Source: Thalia democratica
Lineage: Eukaryota
Direction of reading: 5' to 3'
Length of the DNA stretch: 64,000 bases
NCBI GenBank assembly: GCA_965202585.1
Contig: OZ241827.1
Location: 32,860,001-32,924,000 of the forward strand
Part shown: positions 34,307 to 46,731 of the stretch, in pieces
Numbering within the stretch: position 1 is the first letter of the stretch
Layout of the letters: each line of letters opens with the position of its first letter
Notes under the pieces: generated by a model
Told to the model about the DNA's origin: nothing
Databases searched by the model: none
The model's input: only the letters and a program-made list of their open reading frames with translations
Translations under genes and position numbers: made by a program

Positions 34307-36700
34307 TTAACGAAACTTAGTTAATGTACTTTTGGTAAGTTTATTACCTCTATTTACCATCCAGTTTCTGAGGGATTTTGTTACATGCTGATCCCTTCTC
34401 AGATGGAATCTCCGAGAAGATCTCCCGATGTATACAGTGATAACGTTATTCTTTTCAGGATCGGGAGTAACATCTTTAAATATTCCAATTAAAGGTTTTC
34501 TAGTGAAGCGACTATAAACTGCTCCAAATGTACTATTGATTGTGTGTTTTACTTTATTTTCCAGGAACTTAGCTCTATTACCTAAATAGGGAAGTCTTAA
34601 GTACACTGGGCACTTTTTTGGACCTTGTTTTGTAGGACTAGTGAGTTTTATGATGTTTTTGTCAATCGTTTTCTTGATAATATCCGTTGGGTAACCTAGT
34701 GTCCTGGACATGTCGTTAAAAGGTATCTGTGGTGTGCGACTCGATAACCGAAAGGTTCTTCGTGCACCAGGTCCTAGGACCAAACATTTTGAGCATTTTT
34801 TTGTCGCTCAATTAACTATATAATGATCTGAATATACGACTAATATTTTTAATTTCTTCATTTTATTTCACTTTTGAGTAGAATTTATACGCTCGAAAAA
34901 CTAAGCACGAAATAAGATTTCATTTTTGTGAAATAGAACAGAAGGACTTCCATGTATGCATTGTCCAAAAAATATTGGCTTCCTATATATGGATGTAATA
35001 AAAGAAGTTGATGTTAGTTGTAATGACACACCTAGAAAAGGTAAACAACCGTCGACTTCATTTTCACGAGTGAATTTAAATGAGGGATATAGGTTAGAAG
35101 TTTTATTGAATAAATCTTTTACGTTGTAGCCTTTTTTGTTTGAGATAAAAATAGCATCTTCTTATCTAAAGTAGTCTAACGGTTAATCTATATTATAAAT
35201 AGGTTCAAAATACCCGACGTAAATATTCGCTAATACAGGGCTTAATAGACTCCCCGTGGCGACACCATCAATTTGTTTATAATTAAATTTCTTAAATCTA
35301 AGTTCAACATTCTTCACAGTCATATATTACATGCTATTAACTACTTCTTTAGGGATATTTGATGGTTTAAGGTTTGAGTAGTAAAGTTCTTTAATACAAA
35401 TGTTAATCAAATCATCAAGTGGGAGATTGGTAAAATGGCTTTTAATGTTAAAAGAAATGATGTGGTCTGATGAAATGGAGTTGTTTCGAAGAGTTTTAAC
35501 GAAATTAAAGAAGTATTTAACCCAAAATTAAAAAAAGTTTTCAGAGACTCGATTTAAAACAGAAATTAAAAACTTGGCTATATTATACTGGGCAGAATTT
35601 ATCATATCTAAAATAGGTCCGCATGGAATACCTTCCTTATGAGTTTTTGGAAGTCCATATAGTTTGGGGCATTGTTAGTCAGTTAGTCTAATAGACTTGT
35701 ATAAATTTTAGGAAATGTAACCTTAATTATACCAGCCTCTTAATTTATGTTGAAAATATTTTTCGATTTTAACAGTAGAAACAGCTATATCAATTCGACC
35801 TAGTTTAATATATTTCGATTTGTCATTCGAAATATTATCTATTTTATTTACGTAATCATCTTTATATAGTTCTACAAAATAAGTTCTTTTGTCTGCTTTT
35901 TATAAAACAATTTGTGAATTAGGTTTAAAATATTTGTATTTTTAAACATTCTAAAGTCTGCGCTATTTATTCTACTATTACAAAAAGAATGAGATAATTC
36001 ATACAATTTTGCATAACATCTATCTAATTTGTCTTTGGAGAACGGTTTGTGGTGTTTTAAATGACCTGTGAGCATTTCAAACTCTGAATAGACGCTTTTT
36101 TGTGGTGTTGTTTAAATGGAATTGCGAAACGTAAGCCGTTTTCTAAAACAAACTTTTCGTTTTCGTTTGGAATATAACTTGATAAATTCATTACTTTAGT
36201 CTTTCTCGTTGCATACAAACCAAACCATTTTACTTTTAATGAGATAAACTTTTATCATCTTTTAATATCTTATTCTTATTTGTTTTTTGTTAAGAACTGT
36301 TGAATATTCTAGAATTGAGAGCCAATTTTCTGTTTGTTCAAAATCTCTGTAATAATTTTCTTTGATATATTTATTTACACTTTTATGTCTATTTATTTCA
36401 TATTGCATAAACATTTTTTCAATAGAAGGGCTACATTTTAATTTCGACTTTCTTATTTTGTGCTAAATAAAACTTGGGACAACTCGATTACTAATACATA
36501 AACTCAAATAACGTACCTTTAAGACATTTCTGTGCATTTTTAATCTGTTACTTTTAATTTTATCCAACAACTTCAGTTGCATTTTATCGTACCTTTGTCT
36601 AAATCTGCTAAATTACTTTTTTTGGGTACAAAATTTAAATAAAAAATATCGACAAGTTCATTGCATTTTTATTGAAGTAGGAAGTTTTTCTAAACACATT
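34307..36700 (-). mobile_element. Decayed Penelope/Poseidon-like retroelement (RT plus GIY-YIG endonuclease)
   Basis: PKLYGLPKTHK (~35650), SFNIKSHFTNLPL (~35430), YKQIDGVATGSLLSPVLANI (35221-35280), FKFTRENE..LPFLGV, GYP..IIKK, GPKKCPVYLRLPYLG, VYIGRSSRR..RRDQH. Confidence 0.9.
34699..34840 (+). repeat. Dispersed ~140 bp structured repeat, copy 1 (nested inside the PLE ORF)
   Basis: Shares GGTATC.GTGGTGTGCGACTCGATAACCGAAAGG and GGTCCTAGGACC with copies at ~43480-43527, 58790-58890, 60510-60605 (opposite strand) and 61722-61880. Confidence 0.8.
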
Positions 36701-38029
36701 TTTCAACTACTGTTGTGTTTGTTTCGAATATATTTTGAATTTGGTTCCTTATATATCAAATGGTCCTCAGAATTAGCGTTTATTTAGGACGAAATAAGTA
36801 TACATATACAAAAATTTAGAATTTTATGACGTAATAATCTTTCAGTCAAGTTTGATAATATGTACACTTTGCACAGTATATATTTTAACAATTATATTGC
36901 TATTCTCATACAATTCTATAGAAATAGTTAATTTTTAAATAATCTTTTAAGTAAATAGTTACAAAACTTGTTACAAATTTGATAAAAACTAAATAAAAAA
37001 CTTAATAAACACCCTTATAAAAATGTTCGTATCTACATCTTTAGTTTGTGTTTAACTAAAGACTGCTTGTTGTAAATTTTGCTAAAAAAATATTTTTAGT
37101 GGTAGCATATGGCATATGTTTTGTCTTTTTGATCTTTTTTTTAAAGTTTTGAAATTGAAAACTTTTTCTAATGAAACAAAAGGCAGTTCTCAGAATGCAT
37201 AGTTTACAGCAGTTCTTAAATATAATTTTGTTCTTGTTCTGCTTTTAATATCCGATGATTCTAATGTTTGTTATAAAATCCTATTATCTGTTGTAATAAT
37301 TTGTTTATCATTTACAATTTTATTTGTGATTAGGCTAGGGTTTCCCAAACTAATTAATATATACGCCTCCTTTCCAGAAAAACAAAAAAAGTATTGCCAT
37401 ATACTAAATGATTACCTGTTTATTTTTTCTCCACCTTACTAATTCACGCCCCCTGTTAGCCAAAATATTCCCTAAAGGAGTGATATTGCTCAATAAAAAC
37501 TGGATATTCTAGATTATACAGTTCGTGTGCATGTTTTCTCTTAGTTAATAGTTATATATGACTCTAGTACTTTTCATTAAATGTCTTTCCTGTTGGTCCT
37601 ACATAAAACTTTGTTGTGCTTCAGTTTTCACAGCAAGTGACAAAAAGTTTTTTGGATGATTTTAACAATCCAAGTCTGTTTTTGTTTAATATATAAACAA
37701 AAATATATTTGCAGTTTTATTTTAAAGTTTTCGTCAAGACTGCTCGACGAATAATATTAGAATACATAATTTATTACAGAAAAAAACACAATTTTTTTCT
37801 ATTTAATATAATCTTCAGAAAAACTTTTTTTTTTTGTACAACTTTAGAATTTTACCCATGTTATAGATATTATAACGTAGAAATAATTAAATAAAATTTT
37901 TGCACAATTAGTTGAGATTGAATATATACGCTGCTTTTTGTTTTGTTATTAAATTTGAGAACTTATGCATTTTGAAAAGTTTTTTTTAGTAATTGCTATA
38001 GAAAAAATTGTAAAATACCAAAGGAAAAA

Positions 38030-40080
38030 TAATATTAAAAATATGTTTAAACTGCTCTTGTGCGCGACTTAACTTTTATTTTAATTTAATTGGTTTTAAT
38101 TTTACTAAAAATGAATTCTTGATAATGTATACATGTACTAAGTTTTGATTTTGTTCTGCTTAGTATTTCCAATTTTATTTTAAAGTGTTCATTTTGACTT
38201 TTAAACCCTAATTATAGTTTGCCATTTCTGTTGTATGTCTTTTATTTATATTGTTAAATGAAGATTTATCGTTCCTACATCTTTCTTTGAAACTGTTTCC
38301 TGGGCATCCCACGTACTGCTCGATTAATTTGTTGGAAGTTACTACAGCTCTAAAGATTAAATTAGAAATTAGGCATTAAAAGTCTAAAAATCAGGGTTCC
38401 TTACTTCGATTGCAAAGTTTATTTGTTATGCTATTTTTATCGCTTTTATTGTTTTCGTTTAAAATTTTGTTGTTATATGCTATTATTTAGGTTTTAAAAT
38501 TAATTGTAAGACTGTATGATACTTTAATTGTATTGCGAATGATTTTTTTTTATACAGGTGGTTTTGTCAAAGGACCTACTAATTAAACTTAAAAATTGCG
38601 TGCCTATTTTAGAGCCTACAATTAAATTAAACGGTGGATTGAAAACTATTAAATCTCTTTTCATTATTTAGTTGGTCTTTAATAAAGGGTTGTGCCATAT
38701 TAAAAGTTTTATATGTAGTTTTCTGAATTTAATGCTTAATGATATTTATTTTTTGCATTGCCAAAAGATTCTTCATAATTAGATAAGTTTATGAGTCTTC
38801 TGTTAGTTGTTTCAGATAGTTGTTTTAGTACTTGTCGGGGGTGGTTAGAATTGTTGTTTACATATAAGGTTTGTGAGTTTGGTTTGTTTTAAGCTTAGTA
38901 ACTTGAGTTTTATATGTTAAAGGAAACATCTAAAATATCTGTTTGGAATAATCCTGATCCTGTTGTTATTTAAAAGCCATTTTGTTTAAACAATTCAACA
39001 AGTTATTTAGTAATGTTTTCAGTGATTTGGTTCTTATTATCTTTAGCCCTTCATCTCTACATAACCAATTTCATTATCTGTAAAAACTTAATCATCAAAA
39101 ATAGGCCTACTAAATTGCAGATTTCGGCTACATTAAAAGATTCCATGCTAGCTTTAAGTAGTTGTTTTAAAACTATTTTTTCCAAGTTTGGTTGGTATGT
39201 GCTAAAATTGTCTTACAAGAGTTTATTATTAAATTTGTATCTTTGTCTGTTATGGTGTAAAAGCTTTCAGCGAATTTTAATGCTTTAATTAAACTGTTTT
39301 TAGTTACACTTGGGTAGAATTTGCAATACCGAACTTTATGAGTCTGTAGTTTTTGCTAAATTTTGAATGTTTGAACCCAGTAATTACTTCATCTGTATTT
39401 TTCATAGATTTAGTTTAGAAGTTTTCGTATTGTGCAAATTTATTTTATCTATTAAGTTTTTTGAGTATTTGGTTAAAGATGATTTTCTTAGGTTTATTAT
39501 CTGTATTCGATTTTATTGAGGAAGTTTTCTTTGTGATCTTTAATGGCAATGAACGCTTGGTTTTCTTGGAGTTTTGTGATTTTACCTTCTACGTTGTGTG
39601 CTTTAACTAGGTTAAAGTTTCATCATTAATTTTATTTACAGTGTTTTTGTTTGATGTTTTATATTCAATGTATGTATATCTTTTTATTGAATATTGTTTT
39701 GTAAATAAACTGTCTACCTTATACAGATTATTTGATTTATTAGCGAACACGAACAGTTTATTCGATGTTTCTATCTTATTTAAAACTTTTTATTATTCCG
39801 TTTGAAATTTAATAATATTATTTTTTGAACTTAATGTTAATTATTATTCTATACACCGCATTTTCGAACTAATCTTATCGTTTGTCTTGTGGTGTTGATC
39901 TTCTTGTTAAAAGAAATCCATTTGGTTAGTTTTTTTGTTCTTCTTTCTTGATATTGGTTGAAGAAGGGCGTTTTCCAATTTTTTTAGAGGTTTTTTACTT
40001 CAATTTAAAAGGAGCAAATAGTTGTAGTTTTATTATAGATTTTTTGTCAAAAGTGCACGAAGAACTAAATTGGAGGTATT
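38030..40080 (-). mobile_element. Decayed Neptune-like Penelope-like element (RT plus GIY-YIG)
   Basis: YENTDEVI..F..FGIAKFYPSV (~39300-39400), SNHPRQVLKQL (~38830), IVFNPPF (38629-38643), IKVSYS, YVG..GNSFKER..N..SSF; numerous stops. Confidence 0.85.
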
Positions 40081-43000
40081 TATTTAATTAATTACTTAAT
40101 AAAACACAGTTTTATACATATGTTTCATATATTAAATATTTCTTTTTTAAAAAATTTTCAGAAAAACATTTGTTTATTTGAAGTTTTTATACAACATTAG
40201 GAATATACAAGCAACTTTTAAAATGCGTTTTAACAATCCAACAATCAGTTTTTCGATTCTTTTGGTAGGTATTTTTTGTTAGTTAAATTATAATTATATT
40301 ATTTTTGAACTTTGTTATATGTTTATAAGTACTTTTTTGAAGGTCATTGTTAGTAGTACAAGTTTTGTAAAATTAGTTTAAAGTTGACCAACTTATTAAA
40401 AAAAATTTTTATTAGTAAAAAACTAGCATAATTATTTATAAATAGATTAAAATTTAGTCTAATATTAAATAATTTCATAATAAACTAAAGTCTATGTTAA
40501 TAGTTTATTTTTTTACTGACTGCCTGTTATTAAAAAAACAGTATTATAAAACTTAGCACAAATAAATTTTATTTTATGCTTATTTGTGTAATTGTTTTAG
40601 ATAAGAACTATTTCTAATCAATCATTGTAGAAGATACAGATTATAGTTTCAATCTTAATTTTTTGTTTTCTTACATAAAAACCTTCAAAGAAATTATAAC
40701 TACACAGTTATCATTTAAATTTATTTTGTATAACTTAGTATATAAACCAATATTTAGTTAGAATTCGTCTTGAATTAGTATAATTTTTCTATTGTTTTGA
40801 AATCTTTTGTGTAATCAATAAAGCACAAAATCAAAAGTTAGTTTTTTTCTTTAGGTAAATATAAGCTATTTACCTAAACCGTTTACACAACATATTTTAA
40901 AAACAAAAAATTACACTTAAGTACTTAAAATTATGATTTTTGTTTAGATTTTTGTTTTGAATTTACTTTTTAGAAATGTTTGTTTTAAAAAAACTTTTTG
41001 TTAGTGACTTTCTATTTTAATTATGTGTATGTGCATTTGTATAAATTTTTAATAAACAGATAAAAGTTACTACTTAAATTAATGATATTACGTGATGATA
41101 ACTGTTTGTTTATATTAAAACGGTAAAATAAAAGGAAGTTTAAATTAAACTTTTTAATTTTCGAAAATAAAACATTATTATTTTAGTTAAAAATTTACAA
41201 GTTAATTTTTCAGTATACTTAAAAAAAAAGGAATAATCACAACTAAGAAAAATTGTTTACATTTTTATTTCACTTGCCTTTGCTTGCTTTTGTGAAATAT
41301 GCATAAAATAAACAATAAAATAGTCTCATGTTAGAAACAAAGTAAAAAAATTTTTTTTTAATTTTCACAACACTTGAGTTTGGTACTATAAAAAGACTTC
41401 AAGTTTAATCAACTTAAAAGTGTTAAGATATGACTCCGAAAGATTTTTTAATTGTTTAGCATTTGGATAGATTATTTTGCTACTATGAATTATAAACTTA
41501 AAAGTGTAAAGTGTTATTTTTAATTTTAGGATATTTGACTGATAGAGTAAAAATGATTTTAATTCAAGGTTTGAGTAATATTAAGTTATATAACTACTTT
41601 TAATGAGTGCTTAAAGTAAACTTAAAAGTTTTAATTACACCCAAAACTTAACCAATTTAAAAAAAGCTACCTTTGTTAATTATAAAATACACAAATTATT
41701 TTCAGTTTTAAAACACTTCAGTTATTATTTTTTTATGTACTTAATTTTTTTTGTTTGTCTAAACTCTAAACTAACTAATCTTAAGTTATTAGCTAATTTT
41801 AAATTGCTGATAATAGATAAGTAAAAAGTTAGATTAATGTGTTTTAACATTAAGAAAATAAATAAAACTATTTTATTTTAGAAGTTTGTACTAATGCTGT
41901 AAAATTGTTTGTGGTGTAAAACTTTTATTATAGAATTTAGAAATGTTTTAAGCTAGTTTTAGAAAAAAGCTCTGTATTCTAGTTTTTTTTTTGAAAGTTT
42001 ATTTAGCCACCAATACTTGTCTTAAAAAACAGTAGTTATTATTTATTAGTTGAATAGCTGGATAAAAGCTAGTGTATTTAAAGGTTTTATCTAAGTTTTA
42101 GTAAGAAACTCTATAAACTTAGGTATGAAAAAGATTTTTATTTTTTATACAAATTATTTTAAGTTTCCCTAAAGTTTGCACTAAGGTTGTTTAAGTTTTA
42201 ACTAGTCTGTTAGTAATCATTTCATAAATTTTGTTAGGTTTTACATTTCTGAGTTTTCTTGATAAGTTTTAGCATGTATTTAAAATAACACAACTAAAGT
42301 GTAATACACTTAAGCAAGTGTTATGAAATGTATTAGCTATACTAGCTGGTAAATATGAAATAACCTTTTTTTAAGCTTATACTTTAGTTGTTTTAATTTT
42401 TTTAAACTTCATACACGAATAAAACTTAAATTTGTATCAAACTTCAAATAACTTTTTCGTAAAATAAATAACATATTTGTTTTTTATTTTTCAAAACTTT
42501 CATTGTTAATAGTTAGATACAAACAAATCTATAAACAATCTTTATAAAAAAGTTGTCAATCTTAAAGTTTTAAGAATTAGGAAAATGTAAATAAATTTAA
42601 GAACTTCAATGAAACTTACAAATTTAATTGATAATGATTTATTTTAGTTTCTTTCATGTATTAGGTCACTGTTTTTTAAATAAATTGTACGCCTATACAA
42701 AGTATTTTTAATGGCAGTCCTTTATTTTACAAAATTGTATTAAATGTTGAAAAATAAAACTAAGTAGTTTAATTACGTTTTTAATCTATTTAAAATTTAT
42801 ACTCCAGACAAATTTCAATCGTTTTTTTCTGTGTTAATTTCATCACATAAGCTATAAAATAAGCTTCCAATTTAAATAGCTAACTATGAACTAAATAAAT
42901 TAGTGATATACTGCGTTCAGTTAAGTAATTTAAAACTTTAAAATTAACTGTTTTTTAGCTATTGATCAGCTTACATCAGCTAAAAGATCGGTTACGATTT

Positions 43001-43479
43001 AATATGTATATCTAAAAAGTTTTACAGCTAAGACAATTTTTTAAGGATAAGATTTATCTTATTATTACAAAAACATTTTTTACTAAATAAATTAATATCA
43101 AGTAATATATAAGTGTCTCTTTCCTCTAATAATTATCTTAATATACTTATTTAGAATTGATATGGGTTTAGAAATTTTAATATATATTTTTTAAGCATAT
43201 ATTTGAATTTTTTTTTAATGAAGTATTACCAGAAAGAAATATAATTACTTTTTTTTTCATTATTTTGTAAAAGGTTTTCAAATGTTTTTGTAAAAATCTT
43301 ATGTTTCATAAGTGTCTAAACTCTAAACTTATAGATTTAAAAAAAACTTATATTTATATCAAGTTATCATAAAAGCTTTTTAATCAATTTAGTTCTATTT
43401 CCAAATATGTTTAGTCTGATTTTATACTTAAATGACAGTGAAATGGTACTTCGTTTAAAATATTCCTTATTCAAATATT

Positions 43480-43527
43480 ATCGCACACAACTTGAATTAG
43501 ATACCTTTTAACGTCTTGTCCAGGACT
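43480..43527 (-). repeat. Dispersed structured repeat, partial copy 5
   Basis: TCGCACAC...GATACCTTTTAACGTCTTGTCCAGGAC matches the end of copies 1 and 2. Confidence 0.65.
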
Positions 43528-46500
43528 AAACTGTTTAATAGATGTAGTAGTTTGTTTGAAATATAAAAAATAGCTAGATGCTACGGTTAACAGTTTAAGG
43601 CTAAGCTAACAGTAAAACTTTTTAAGCTCATCAAAATATTAAATTTACTTAGTCAGCGAAATGCAAAAGCTAAAATTTAGTTTAACATTATTCTTACTAT
43701 TCGACAACCTCTGCTGATTTAGATCCTTTAAGGCTCACCTTTTAACTACATCAGAGGTGTTTAAAATATTTTGGTTTTGTCATACAATAGTTTAAAAAGA
43801 TGTAAAAGATACTTTGATAATTTTAATAGCTACGTTACGAAGTTCTTTACAATAGTTACAACTCACAGTACAAGTTTTAATGATTTTTACAGAATATGAA
43901 TTTGTTGTTTAATTTTTTTTTTTAATACAAAACATGTAGCTTAATTGGTTAATAAAAAGGATAACCCGTTTAATTAGTAAATGAATTTTCACATCATTTT
44001 AAATTTAATTTAAACAAACGTTTTGTATGTAATTAATAGCCGATTTAACACTATTACTAACAAATTTAGGCATACCAATTAAAAAAGCTAATAGCTTTAG
44101 TCTTAAGAAGTATAAAATTTGTTAATTAAAAAACATGATAATTTTTAAAGTTGCACTATTGTTGTTAATGTAAGCTCAAGATTTTTTGTTTTAATTAATT
44201 TTTGTTATTTAATTATCTTTTTTTTACATACAGACTATTCTAATATTTATATATGAAAAAATCATTAATGCCAAATATTGCGAGCTTTATTTTTGATTAT
44301 ATTAACTAAGTTTTTGTTCTTTGCTTTAATGCAATTCATGGTTTCAAAAGCTTTTAATTATTAACATAATATGTTTTGATTATTGATACCAATAATTTTA
44401 TACACTCTTGAAAATGAGTTTACACATGGTTTGGTTGCTTTTTGAAGTTTAAATATTCATGAGAACAGTTAGGCTTTGTTTAAACCTCCAGCCGTATAAA
44501 CAGAAGTGAATAAACCTTTTTTTAAATAATAACAAAAAGTAGTATTTTGTTCTAATATTCATCTAATTTAAACTAAGCATTTGTTATTAGACAAAACAAT
44601 TATAGTTACATAGTGGGCGACAAGCGGCCATGAACTTTTTTGTGACCAGAAAATCGAATCAAATGTTATACATTGTTAGATAGAACTCGATTTTCTTGTT
44701 TTCAATACAGGTTTTTGTATATGAGTATATTTCTATTTGAACATGAACAGTTCTTGTTAGTTTATTTTATTCAAAAAATTTTTAACCTACTATTTCATTA
44801 TGTAAATTGCTAGAGTATGTAAAATTTCTACCAAAAAAAACTTCATAAGTAAAATTATAGTTGCATTTTGTTTAATTTATTTTTCCTCTTTAAAATCATA
44901 TTATAAATGAACTAAAACCTTCATGTGATAAGCCTTTTCACTTTTTATATACTAAGCAAATATAATTGTAGTTTTTAATGTATTTTATATTAAAGCGAGT
45001 TTGAAAAGTGATAGTTATATAGCTAAACCTGTTAAGTTATAAAATAATAACATCTTACGAACAAAAAAATATTAACATAAATTTAAGTATAACAAAAAAT
45101 AAACTTATTTATTTATCTTTTTACTATAATTAAAGTACACAAATAACTACTTTAAAAACCGACTTATATTTTATATGCTTTAAGCCTTTATTTATATAAA
45201 AGCTTTATTTTTGAAAAAATAAGCCCTAACCACCCTGGCTCCTATTTCCTTATTAAGATTGCATGGTCGTGTGGTAAAGTTCATTGTTTTTTGTGCTTAA
45301 TAAGATTGTATAGAAGTGTTTTAACTTTAACTACTTAAAAAAAAAAGTAACTTAGAATAGAATACTTATGACTTATTTGTATTAAATTTAAGTCATAGTT
45401 TTAGAATATATTTTATTTGCTTAAATATAATGGTAACAAGATCATTTCTTTTTATAAAATTATAAATAAACTTAACTTGAATTTTACAAATTGTTTAATC
45501 AGTGTTAAATGCTTTATCACTGCTTTAAAGCAGAAGTTCTGTGTTTACTATAATTAAACAACAATTAAGTTACTTAATTGATAATTACTTAGCTACAATT
45601 AATAAATAGATAAATTTGAAAGTTTCTAAAAAATCCTACGAAAATTATAGAATATAAGCCTTTTAAAGTATTTTGTGAAATATTTATTTATAAAATGTTA
45701 GTAACTTTAGTAATTAAGTTTAAATTTAGTTTTTATTTCCGTATTATTACTATCAAAACTGTTTATACAGGTGACGGTTTAAAATTTTTTCTTATACATT
45801 TTGTGTTGATCGATCATTTTTCAAGCATTAACATTCCATGTATACACATTAGGGAGTTTTATAACTCCAGCATGTATTGAATAAAAAACAATTTTCCAAT
45901 TGGAAATTAATCACATGTCAACAACAAACTAATTGAAATCAATTACCTAATTTATTAAGAAGACTCATAAATCACTAATTAAAACACTTGCGAAAACATA
46001 ATAAAAATTATTACCGTTTTAAAACATCAAATTACATAAGAGTTAGTTGAATTTTCTATGTTAGAGATATATTTTCACACTTCATAGTGCTAACTTGTTT
46101 AGAAACAAACTCATGCATAAACCATACATTAACATACTCAATAATATTTTAATATTGAAAGGATTAATTTTGATAAGTATTAAACAGCAAAATAAGTATA
46201 TTTATTGAGAATTGTATCCTCGTATAAATGAAAGTATTTTGCCTTTTTTAAGTAGTCTTAAGAAAACTAATTCAAAGAATTTAAAGGCTGGTAGTATTAA
46301 GTAGTAAAAAATTACTATCAAACTTATTTAAAGTTTATTTTAAGTAATTTAATACAAGTAAAAGTTACATAAAAATATTTTTTTAACTTAAAAAATAAAT
46401 TATGTAATTTAATTAAGTAATAATTATAATGATAAAAAAAAATTAAAAGTAAATTTTGTGAGTAAGCATTTTATTATCTTTAAACTTGTAGATTTATCTT

Positions 46501-46547
46501 CAATTTTATGCTTATGTAATACTATAAAAAAACATAAGCTTAAATTA

Positions 46548-46731
46548 GGGCTAGGCAATGTACGGCTGGCAAGCTAAATCCGACTCGCCAATACTTATTT
46601 TAAGTATAATCCAGTTCACAAATAATAAATCTGCTGCCCGGGAGCATGTAAATCTGCATAGCAAAAGTAAATTTCTTAACTTACAGTTGATATTCACATC
46701 TGACTAGCAGTCTAAGAACATTGCCTGTCCT
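46548..46731. mobile_element. Short TIR element (PIF/Harbinger- or TA-type MITE)
   Basis: GGGCTAGGCAATGT ... ACATTGCCTGTCCT (11/14 inverted match) with TA on both flanks. Confidence 0.45.

Noticed and set aside
36721-36800. Hammerhead-like fragments near the 5' end of the 34-36 kb PLE
   Set aside because: The minus strand has CTGAGGA and GAAAC but no closing stem II pair; the plus strand has GTCCT..AGGAC-GAAA but no CUGANGA.
38391-38393. TGA at a conserved Cys position of the PLE endonuclease (selenocysteine recoding is known in Naiad PLEs)
   Set aside because: The copy has many TAA/TAG stops and frameshifts, and its RT-then-EN order is not Naiad-like; a family consensus would be needed.
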